Below are positions 52,545-64,000 of a stretch of 64,000 nucleotides of DNA, in pieces. This DNA comes from Octopus sinensis (lineage: Eukaryota). The translations under genes were made by a program, and so were the position numbers. Position 1 is the first letter of the stretch. Every line of letters starts with the position of its first letter. The notes below the pieces were generated by a model. That model was not told the DNA's origin. It did not search any database and saw only the letters and a list, made by a program, of their open reading frames with translations. The stretch is from positions 15,748,001 to 15,812,000 of the forward strand of contig NC_043024.1 of assembly GCF_006345805.1 (NCBI RefSeq), in the 5' to 3' direction.

Positions 52545-53820
52545 AGGCGGTGAGCTGCCAAATTCATTAGCACGCTGGACAAAATGTTTTGCATCATTTC
52601 GGAATATGCTAGGTTTTGAGTTCAAATTCTGCCGAGGTTAACTTTGCCTTTCATCCTTTCAGGGTCAATAAATTAAGTACCAGTCAAGTACTGGGGTTGT
52701 TGGGACCAACTTTATCCCTCCCCCAAAATTTCTGGCCTTGTGCCTTTAATAGAAAGGATCGTCATCGTCATGGTGATGATGATGATGGTCAGCTGACAGA
52801 ATCATTAACATGCCAGGCAAAATGCTTTGCAGCATTTCATCTATCTTCAGGTTCTGAGTTCAAATTTCACTGTGGTTGGCTTTGCCTTTCATCTTTCCGG
52901 GGTTGATGAAATAAGTACCAATGAAATAAGCACTAGGGTCAATATAATCGACTGGCCCCCTTCCCCAAAAATTTTCAAGGTTTGGTGCCTAGAGTAGAAA
53001 TAATAATAATAATTATTATTATTATTATTATTGAGTGAGAGAGTAGTGCATGCTATCAAAGTGACACTGGGGTAAAATATACGAAGCCCAGTATACCCAT
53101 CATGATTACCCATCCGATAAGGGTACACCAGGCACATGCATCGCAACCATATGTGCGCAACATGGTGATGTCATATCAAGATAAACAGTGCATGACCTTG
53201 TAGGTGGGTCCCAGTTAGAATTTTCTTTAGATCAAGTAGCCCATCTTACTCAAAAGGTCCCTGAATAAGGATTGTTTAAGGATGTTGAACGAAACACCCG
53301 TGTTTCCAGAGGTGAATTAGTCAAACCCCAAAGAATTTCTCTCAGCACATGGCTAAGATGCTCCCCCACTACTTCTGCTCGTTGTCAGAGATGCACATAT
53401 CGTCAGCCACTAAGGAACATGGTCAACTGGTTAAGGTCAAACAACTGACAAGCAAATCTGTGGTATTGAGCAGAATAATTGCTGTAGCCCATCTTTTATA
53501 CCAAGACAAAACAATGTACATGATAACACTTCCAATCAGTTAAGATCAGAAGCCATGAAAGCCACAGCCTGGATCTGCATCAGGGCATTGTTATTATTAT
53601 TAAGGTGGTGAGATTGCAGAAAAGTTAGCATACCAGGAAAAATGCTTAGCGGTATTTTGTCGCTCTTTACATTCTGAGTTCAAATTCCGCCGAGGTCAAC
53701 TTTGCCTTTGATCTTTTCATGGTCAATAAATTAAGTACCAAATATGTACTGGGGTCAATCTAATCGACTGGCCCCTTCCCCAAAAAATTTTGGGCTTTGT
53801 GCTTAGAATAGAAAAGAATA

Positions 53821-53867
<47 letters not shown>

Positions 53868-54060
53868 GTGAGCTGAGAGATTCATTAGTATATTGGACAT
53901 GTCCCAGCACTTTACTTTCTGTGATCAAATTCTACTGAGGTCAACTTTCTGTTTCATCCTTTTGCGATTGATGAAATAAAGTATCAGTCAAGTACTGGGG
54001 TCAATGTAGTTCAGTAATCCCCTCCCAGAAACTTGCTGGCGTTGTGCCAGAATAGGAAGC
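52545..54060 (+). mobile_element. Cluster of four family B SINEs with a family E element at 53033-53590
   Basis: Copies are separated by (ATT)n tracts. Confidence 0.8.
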
Positions 54061-56954
54061 CATGAAGGTAGTGAACTTGCCAAATCATTAGTATGCCAGA
54101 CAAATGCTAAGTAATTTTTTTTTCTGGCTGTTAGAATGAAAGACCTGTCTTATTTTTGGGTGGAAATATACAATAATTGAAGGCACATAGGTTAGCTGTT
54201 AGGCTATTCAGCTCATGATTATGAGATTGTGAGTTCAATTCCATGTGGCAGGCTGTGTCCTCATGCAGGACACGTTATTTCACATTACTTCACTCCACTC
54301 AGCTAGCAAAAATAAGTTGTATCTATATTTCAATGGGACACATGTCTGTGGAGTACTCAGCCACTTGTATGTTAATTTTATGAACAGGCTGTTCCGTTAA
54401 TTGGATCAGCTGGAACCCTCATCATCATAACCAATGTAGTGCCAGTTTTATACAATAATCCCCAAATCTGAAGCACTTGTTTATAAGCATTTTTGGATTA
54501 AGGACTATCCACTGTGTATTAAATTATACAAGATTAACTACTCTTGTAACCACATCCATAACTGCTGGTTTCATTTTAAACAGGAGACTATGTTAGATAT
54601 GACACAATATTATTTGATATTACATACATCGTCATCATCATCGTTTAACATCTGCTTTCCATGGGTTGGACGATTTGACTGAGGTCTGATGAACCAGATG
54701 GCTGCACCAGGCTCCAATTTGATCTGGCAGAGTTTCTACAGCTGGATGCCCTTCCTAATGCCAACCACTCCGAGAGTGTAGTGGCTGCTTTTACATGCCA
54801 CTGGCACGAGGGCCAGTCAGGTGGTACTGGCAATGGCCACACTCAAATGGTACTTTTTATGTGCCACTTGCACAGGAGCCAGTCCAGCGGCACTGGCAAT
54901 GACCTCGCTCTAATGTTTTTTCCCATGCCACCAGCACAAGTGCCAGTAAGGCAACACAGGTATTGATCACGCTTGAATGGTGTTTTTTACGTGCCACTGG
55001 CACAGAGGCCAGCTTGTTGCTCTGGCAACGTTCATGCTCATATGGTACTCTTAGCGCTCCATGGTGTGATATCACACAAAGTATTGTGCATGGTAGGGTA
55101 CTATTCATGAGTGCATATGGTTAGATACTGTACGTGATAGCATTTTATATATTGCAGAGTACTATTCATGACAGTGAAGGTGCACGGCTCAGTGATTAGA
55201 GCGTCGAGCTTACGATCGTAAGGTTGTAAGTTTGATTCTCGGACCGGGCTGCGTGTTGTGTTCTTGAGCAAGACACTTTATTTCACGTCGCTCCAGTTCA
55301 CTCAGCTGTAGAAATGAGTTGCAACGTCACTGGTACCAAGCTGTATCAGCCTTTGCCTTTCCCTTGGATAACATCAGTGGTGTGGAGAGGGGAGGCAGAT
55401 ATGCATGGTCAACTGCTGGTCTTCCATAAACAACCTTGCCTAGACTTGTGCCTGGGAGGGTAACTTTCTAGGTGCAATCCCATGGTCATTCATGTCCGAA
55501 GGGGGTCTCCCATTCATGACAGCTTATTATGTGTGGCAAGGTGCACTACATGGTAGAATTTTATACATGGGACTGTATTTATTCATGGTATTATAATATA
55601 CAAAATTAAGGTGGTGAGTTGGCAGAATCGTTAGCATGCTGGGCAAGAAGCTTCATGGCATTTTGTCTGTATGCATTCTGAGTTCAAATTCTGCCAAGGT
55701 CTACTTTGCTTTTCATCCTTTTGGGTTCGATAAATTAAGTACCAGTGAAACACTGGGGTCGATGAAATCAACTTGCTCCCTCCCCCAAAATGGCTGCCCT
55801 TGTGGCAAAATTTGAAACCATTATAATATAGAGAATAACATTTTATACAGGTTAACGTATTGCACGGGGTAGGATTTTATAGACAGCAGCAGTTTGGATC
55901 TGGTACTTCATTATATACATCAGGCATGGACAACATTTAGAGTGAAGCAGGCCACATGAGACAGGACTCATCATCAAGCAGGCTTCACTACTAAGAAAAT
56001 CCAAGGTTATTTTTCATTGGATGCCATTTAAAAAGTCCCACGGGCTGAAGTTTGTCTGACTGATCTACCTTTTTATGATGATCATCATCATTTCATATTC
56101 ATCTTCCATGCTGGTATGGGTTGGACAGTTTGACAGGAGCCGGCCAGGTAGAAAACTACCCCAAGCTATGTCTGTTTTGGCAGGGTTTTTATGGCTGGAT
56201 GCCCTTCTTAACACCAACCACCCCACGGACTTAGTGCTTTTTATATGACACTAGCACAGGTGAGGTCTGTTTTGGCATGGCCCTTCCAAACACCAACCAC
56301 TTTACAGTGTAGATTGGATGCTTTTTATATGGCACCAGCACTGACAAGGTCACCAAAGTAACTCACAAGACAAGGAATTTTGAGAGGGAAGGCAACGATA
56401 GAAGAGGTGATCAGAGAGAGAGAAAAAAAGAGAGGAAGAGAGAAGGAAAGAGAGAGGTGGAGAGCATAGTAACAGGGGGGAGGGCAGAAACAGATGTGCT
56501 GTTGTGGAGGAGATTCATGGTTACCCAGCCAGAGGGAAGAGCAAAATAATCCTGGGTGTGGCAATAGACAGATCTATATGCTAATTAAAAAATAATCCAG
56601 GGCGTGGCAGTAAAACCCTACCAGATTCACCATTCTCATTAAATGTTTCATCACTAAATGCATAGCATGCAGCGATGAAAACTGCAAGGGAAACTGGAAA
56701 AGAAATGAATGGTAACGCATTAAGCTACATAAAGTCTGTGGAGTGCTCAGCCACATAAATTTCATGAGAGTACCATTTAGATGCATGTGCTTTTATCACC
56801 AGCTTAACTTCATTAACACCATACCAAATGCCATATGAAATATAAGAGGTTATTCAGTTGCATCTTGGGAGGGTCATTATGCCAATAACAAACACATGCA
56901 CTGACTCTAGTTCACTTCGTTATTATTCTTTTATACATAATGTTTCTGTCATCA

Positions 56955-57305
56955 GACTTCAGCCATGCTGGGGCATCGCCGTGAAGAATTTTAATCGAAT
57001 GAATTGATCCCAGTATTTTTTTTTTATTTTTTAAGCCTGGTACTTATTCTATTAGCCTCTTATGCCAAATTGCTAAATTACGGAGGATGTAAACGTACCA
57101 ACACCAGTTGGGGGGACAAACACACGCACATTCACACACATATATACATATAATACGACAGGCTTCTTTCAGTTTCCATCTTCCAAATCCACTCACAAGG
57201 CTTTGGTCAGCCCGAGTCTATAGTAAAAGACATTTGCCCAAGGTGCCACACAGGGGGACTGAACCCATAGCCATGTGGCTGGGAACCAAGCCACTCTTGT
57301 GCCTA
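56955..57305 (-). mobile_element. Diverged family A SINE
   Basis: Reverse complement; last SINE before the SINE-free region. Confidence 0.7.
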
Positions 57306-57674
57306 TACTGGTTAACTATTTAACCAACCAACTTATCAATTATTTGCTCAAACATTTGATTAAATCAATTGATCAGTTTGTCATAACCCTGTCAGTGTCA
57401 TTTATATAATAAATTCATTTTGTGTTTATTTGATTTTTGTTGTTGATTCTTAAAGTTTTTTTATTATACATAGTAGCATATTATGTATGGAGTTTAATAG
57501 TCTTTTCTATTTTGGAAGGGTCATTATGCCAGTAACACATGCACTGGTTGTATTTCACTTCATTATTATTCATTTAACGAATCAATCAGTTTGCCATAAT
57601 ACTTTTGCTGTTGTTTATATAATAAATTAATTTGTTGATTCTTAAACATGTTTCTTATGTTTTTTTTTTCAAAG

Positions 57675-57791
57675 ATTGGTGTCCCATACCAGGTCAGCTC
57701 ATCTGAAGATTTGTGTTGCTGTGAAGGACCTGTAGATCACCATTTCACTCCGTCAACTTCTTCTCCTTCTTTGGAATATCCCATGTTTTAA
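57675..57791 (+). CDS. Candidate terminal coding exon of ERG
   Basis: tttttttttcaaag|ATT. Phase 0 is open for 38 codons (IGVPYQVSSSEDLCCCEGPVDHHFTPSTSSPSLEYPMF*); the other two frames stop earlier. Followed by SINE-free sequence. Confidence 0.45.
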   Translation: MGVPYQVSSSEDLCCCEGPVDHHFTPSTSSPSLEYPMF

Positions 57792-57991
57792 ACTCGGAGT
57801 AATTAAACACACAAGGAGTACTACTACTACAGCGTTGGAGCCATCAGAACAGCAGCAACAAAATAAGAAGAAATAAAGGCAAAATATAAACAAAAAAACA
57901 AACACGAGTTTTTGGAGCAAGTTGCTACTCTCCCAAATGGAAAATGGTATTGTCAAGAATGGTGCGATGAGCATTCTTAAAAAGTTCTTCG

Positions 57992-58023
<32 letters not shown>

Positions 58024-58686
58024 CTGTTACCCTCTTCTTTAACCTGATCCTTAACCCCCTAAGCCAACCCCACCCCTCCTGCCAAAGTCGTTGCTTGTGT
58101 AAAAAGCTGGTGGTGCCAGTGTGTTCTGCAAGGTATCGCAGAACTTCAGTTCTTCCCAGTAGCTTCAATGATTAACCCCCTTCCCTAACCCCCACCTCCA
58201 TCGCACACACACACTGCCCCTACACATACACACATAAACTCATCCCTCCCCACACACACATATTCCCTTTATCTTGCCCCTACCCCTCCCTCTTCTTTCA
58301 AACAGCAGCCATAAGAAAGAAAAAAAAAGAAAAAGCACAGACATTCTGTATAGAAAGATCAAAAAAACACAGTTATGTTATTTGAAATTCTGAAGAGTGA
58401 AAAAAAAAATAATAATAATAACAATAATAATAATACAACAAAACAATGAACAACACAAAAGGGATTTTTTTTCTGCGATACTCTAAATACCAATATCAGT
58501 GATAATGCCAAAAATGATAATAATGCTTAATATATATTTAATATATGACATTGAAAAATACAGATCAAAATAATATACAGGCATAGCAATATATATATAC
58601 ATGCGCACACACACATACAATCATATGTTTATACATATGTACATACACTAACATATATACATGTACACATACTAACACACATGTGC

Positions 58687-58734
<48 letters not shown>

Positions 58735-58811
58735 TATATATACACATACATATATACACATACTCGCACACAAACATGCAGGCACACACATATTGATATA
58801 TATCTGTGTGT

Positions 58812-58869
<58 letters not shown>

Positions 58870-59263
58870 TAGATAGATAGATAGATATACAATCAGTTGT
58901 CCATAAGTCAGAAAAAGATGAAATATAGTTTGTATGAAACCTATGGTAACAGTCTGAGCAATTAAATGCTATAACCAGTAAGATATTACTTGATGAAAAT
59001 TATATATGTTTATGTATATATATACACACACACACACACGCACTCAAAAACATACTCACAAAAACATGCATATGTATATAGGTATGTGTATATATATTTA
59101 TATATACACACGCGTATGTTAGTTTGTTAGTTTTATATAATACTTATATACATTTGTTTAATAAGTAAAGACACACAAATATAGATATTTATAAATACAT
59201 ACACATGTACAATACACATATATAAAGTGTATGTATATGTTGATTTTAAATATCTGTGCATAT

Positions 59264-59347
<84 letters not shown>

Positions 59348-59911
59348 TACACACACACAGAAACATAAATCATTTAATATACTTAAGCATAATGTTACCA
59401 ACTAGTTATTATTATCAAAGTTAGTGGAACCCAAATACTTTATTGACTTAAAATTATTTGCTGATTACTATTCTCAACAAGGACCATATATGAAATGTAC
59501 AACAAAAAGCAGCTCCTACTGCATTTATATACTTAATATTATCTGCTGGTTATTGTTATCAACAAGGGCTCTAATTCAAAGTGATAGCAATAAGCAGCTC
59601 TCACTGTATTCCTTCTTGTGACTTGACTTATGTTTGGTAGAACAGTGTAAGCCTGAGGAGTGATGGAGTGATACGGTTTACATGAAACTTAAAATAGGCT
59701 CTACAACTAAATAGGAGTAACTTTTGATGCTTATTGAGGTAAAATGAACTGTATATAGACATATAATACATTCACACACATACACACATGTATATATAAT
59801 TACATACATATATATACACACATATAGGTTTAGCAATGCAAACAAGGAAAACTGAACTCAAAAAGTGTATATATATATATATATATATATATTACTACTA
59901 TTATTATTATT

Positions 59912-60031
59912 GATATTTGGTAGAAGTTACAGAATGACCCAAAGGCCGAGAGTTTCATGTGCGAACACTGATCTAACAAATCAAGCATAAAACTCTTGGC
60001 CCTTCAATCACTGTTACTTCTGCCAAGTATT
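59912..60031 (+). ncRNA. Long imperfect hairpin (candidate pri-miRNA or dsRNA element)
   Basis: Manual fold gives ~42 paired positions, with arms 59912-59960 and 59985-60031. Function not established. Confidence 0.35.
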
Positions 60032-61431
60032 AAAAAATATACACACACACTCATACATATATATTGATATATATATGTGTATATATACATATATATATAT
60101 ATGTATACAGTACAATAAATTTATGATGTATATATATATATATATATCAATCATAATAATAATTAGGCTTATTACAAAGTGGCATAGCATTACCTTTAAT
60201 TCATTTTATATTTACAGCTTTACTCAGACCTACACGTGTTTCAACTGCATATGCGTATATAAATTCGGATTTTCCTTCAGCTTGAAGATACAGGCTCTGT
60301 TAAGGGCTTGTGAAACTTGAAGTTGCACAGAATCCGAATCAAACCGTTTTGAATAATATATACGCACACACACACACACACGCATATGCACATATATATA
60401 AATACATATGTATATTTAGTAAAACATGCATACATACGTGTTTGTATGTACATATTTCACTGCGTACATGCATGCATGTATGTGTACATGTATCCATATA
60501 TGTAAGCACCACCTGATGCTTACATGTAAAATTATACCCAGATATAACAGACGTATTCACAAATATTACACACACACACACAGAACAACCACATATATAT
60601 ACTTAAAGAACTGACAACACAAACACATACTGATATGCTCAAGCATTTAACATCACATATTAACAAGTGCAAACTCATTAAAGTTAATGAGAAAACTATT
60701 CAAAGAAAAATCTGAGAGACAGAAAAGCAAAATTAATTATAGAAGATACACATAACTCCCTTTTGTGAAATTAGACACATATAAATATACATACATATAA
60801 TATTATATATACAAACACTATTATATATATGATATATATAAATCTCAAATCTTCAGAATTAATATTCCGTGCATTTCGTAACTGATTTTTGGCAAAAGAT
60901 CTTTCTAGAAAAACTCTTATCTTCTGCTTTTTATGGCATTTTAAATGGCTGGGTTACAGAACAATGTTTTTTTTTTTCTATTATTTTTTTGTGCAGTTTT
61001 TTTTTTAAATCATTTAATTTAATTTTTTTTTTTACGTTTTACAATTTTATAATTTTTTTTTTCTAAAAAAAAAATGACATTTTTCTCCTCCCCATTCTCC
61101 CTTCTCACTTCTTATTATTCAATACAGTTCTTTCTAAAAAAAAAAAAAGAAAAGAAAAAGAAAACAAAACCAGACACCTGTCTTATTCTACCTTCACTAC
61201 TTTTACGAAAAAAAAGGAAAAAATTAATCATGTTTTATTTGTTTTTTGTTTGTTTTTTGGTGCCATGAAGAAAAAAAGAAAAAAACTGGTTATGTTTTTT
61301 TAATAATTGTTTATAATTAATCATCACCATATTTTAGAAAATTTTTTTTTCTCCTCATTTTTATCATTTGTTTTTACTAACACTTTTCATCACTCAAAAG
61401 TCATTTTCTTATTTTTCCTCTCTGTCTCTCT

Positions 61432-61496
<65 letters not shown>

Positions 61497-61729
61497 TATA
61501 TATATATATATATATGCTTCTCTTCTTTCTTTCTCTCTAATCTTTAACATTTTGTCTCCATCATGACCAGCTATGGATCACAAGTTCTCCACCACTGATC
61601 TCTACCCTACCCCCACCTCCTTGGCCAGTCATCTCCACCTCCACTTCACTCTCACTCTCGACTCAATGCATGACAACGATCGGACATCATCGAAGTAGCG
61701 AGTGAAGAACAGTCGTCCGTCATCCACAT

Positions 61730-62900
61730 TCACATGTTACCTGCTTGCTTGTGCTGCACATGGGACTAGTCAGGTGGCCATGGTCAGGGGGATCTGCCCC
61801 TTCGTATAGCCACCACCCAGCACACATGTGGCAAGCTAATGGATTAGTCAAGAGACTCAACTACATTCATATATGTCGTATGTAAAAGAAAACCTAAAAA
61901 GCACTGAATTTCCAGCCGAGTGATTCACCTCAGTATCCATGTGGAAACATGGAGCAAGCTAGGATATTCCCAAAGGGTTTATTCTCAATGATATCTACAT
62001 GTGGCAAACTGAAACATCTAGGGAGTAACTCATATTTGCATACTACATGGAAAAATATATCTGGTGTGATTCACTTGCATTTGTATGCCACATGGAGGAA
62101 AGGGGGAAATTCTAATTGGGGTTAACTCACATTCGCGTGCTCCATGTGGCAAGTTATTTTAGTGGAATGAATCAGCAAATTTAATGGAGTGATTTATCTA
62201 AACCCCACATGTGGGAAGCTCGAATGTTGGTCATGTCTGGACTTGGTCGTACCACATGTGAGACACTAGTTTGGTAACATACATACATCCATTGCTAGAG
62301 GTGGAAACCTATAGCCACATGTAGGAAATTTGGGCATTCGTGGAGTTACTCATAATGTAGGGGAATGTATAATCACTTAACACTCAATATTAGTGGAAGA
62401 TCTCACTCAGTTACACATTAAACTTGGAGGAACTACATTACACTCATGTGTAACTTAATGCTGGAGAGACTGACTAACATGTAGCATTAATGGGATATGA
62501 GCAGAATGGCTGACTCAGAGGTGGCAGGACTGGAGTGTGAGTGGAGTGTTTGATTTACATATAACAATTCTGGAATATGAGTAGAGAGTGTGACTCATCT
62601 ATGACAATACAAGAATGTATGTAGAGTGAATGACTTGTATACAACAGTACAAGTATATGAGTGCAACAACACTGGAGTGTAAGTAGAATGAATGGCTCGT
62701 AGATGTATGTTATATGGCGATACTGGAATGTGAGTGAACTGTGACACATGTAACAACAGAGGAATGTGAGTGGAGTGTCCAACTCATGCATGACAATAAA
62801 GAAACATGAGTGGAGTGATTGATTTATATATGACAATATTGGAATGAGAGTGGAGTGTCTGATTTATGGCAGTACTGGAATGTAAGTTGAGTAACTGATT
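61730..62900. repeat. Two adjoining degenerate tandem arrays
   Basis: ~50-65-bp units centred on CACATG/CATGTG, then ~40-bp units centred on GGAATGTGAGTGGAGTG. Confidence 0.7.
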
Positions 62901-64000
62901 GGCACTCATAGTAAGATAATACTTTGATCATGAGTAAAGTGTCATACTCTTAGCCATGTATGTAGTGCATGTACACAAGACTTGTCCAGCATCATTTGAG
63001 GTGGGGGGGGGGCTGCACTAATTCTATGATATAAAATGTAAGAAAATTATAAAATCATGGAATAACTGTACACTAACATGTGGTGACCCCTCACTCAGTC
63101 ACTCCTTATTCTTCCCTTTCTTTCTCTCTCACACACATGCTGGTATATAAATAAACACACATGTATATTATATATATAGTATGTAATATACATATATCAC
63201 AACGAAAAAGAATCATAGCTTATGTGTTATTCTTTAACAAAAATTGTTTGATCGTGACTTTGAAGTTTCAGCTTGCTTAGCCTTCATCAGACTTGTTAAA
63301 GAATAATAAATATATACTCTACCAAATGTATTGAGTAATCTGTCAGTTTAATGTAAAATTGTTTTTATTATAACTCAACATAAAACCAAATATATACATA
63401 TGTGTGTGTGTGAGGGCATGTGGCTTAATGGTTTGGCTGTTGCACTCATGTTTGCAAGATTGTGGTTTCGATCCCCAGACTGGGTGTTGTCAAGCAAAAC
63501 TCTTCATTTCACGTTGGTTTCTGATCACTTTGACATCTGACGTGTAGCACATTGTGTACCTGTACAGGGAATGTTGATATGATGAGAGGAATAAGCTAGC
63601 ATACAGCTCAAACATTTGAATATTATAAACAAATATTCCGAGCAGATTGCTCTGCATGAAACTGTAGAACCTTCTTCTGTCCTCTACCGAAGGAAAGTTC
63701 CCAAGATGCATAAACATTATTTATTTATATATATAAGATATAGTGCTTTTTACCTCGCATTTATGCATTCAGACACATGTATCTATTTTCATGTGCGTGT
63801 GTGTGTGTGTGTGTAGTCACATGGCATTGTCATGTGACCACTTTAGTGAGATTTGAATTGAATGCATTTCTCCATTTCGATTGAATTCCTCTTGTGCCAT
63901 TTTAACGGGACTGAAGAATTCATTAACTTCTCAAGCAAAATAATTACAGACATCTATGATAGTTTCTTGTTGTTGTTATTGTTATTTATTATTATTGTTG

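Noticed and set aside
61730-62900. CRISPR-like repeat-spacer appearance
   Set aside because: Eukaryotic context, degenerate repeats of variable length, and no cas genes.

Overview
Eukaryotic, AT-rich DNA dense in microsatellites and retroposons; the repeat families resemble those of Octopus (inference). The only host gene I can support is the 3' half of an ERG-subfamily voltage-gated K+ channel (KCNH2/6/7-like, Kv11) on the + strand. Ten exons splice in frame with GT-AG boundaries: 11580-11979, 14808-15007, 16408-16495, 20096-20260, 23577-23770, 25612-25681, 31745-31981, 38503-38621, 43269-43459 and 45331-45763 (2097 nt, 699 codons). They encode S4 through pore (GFG) and S6, the C-linker, the CNBHD, a coiled coil, a polyQ tract and a PPPY motif. 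The terminal exon is uncertain, with candidates at 48748, 57675 and 61571. The PAS and S1-S3 exons are not in the window. The introns hold tRNA-headed SINEs, RTE LINE 3' ends, an R4/Dong-like fragment, mariner remnants, Helitron/Helentron derivatives, foldback MITEs and long microsatellites. Repeat family labels A-E are my own and their coordinates are approximate. Most ORFs in the supplied track are microsatellite or repeat artefacts. The best leads are: a unique ~120-nt hairpin in the SINE-free 3' region, possible alternative C-termini, an internal in-frame splice donor that would remove the polyQ and PY motif, inverted repeat pairs around the pore exons, a degenerate CCACATGTGG array, and hammerhead-like relics. 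No CRISPR array, rRNA or true tRNA gene is supported, and I cannot claim a new system from sequence alone.
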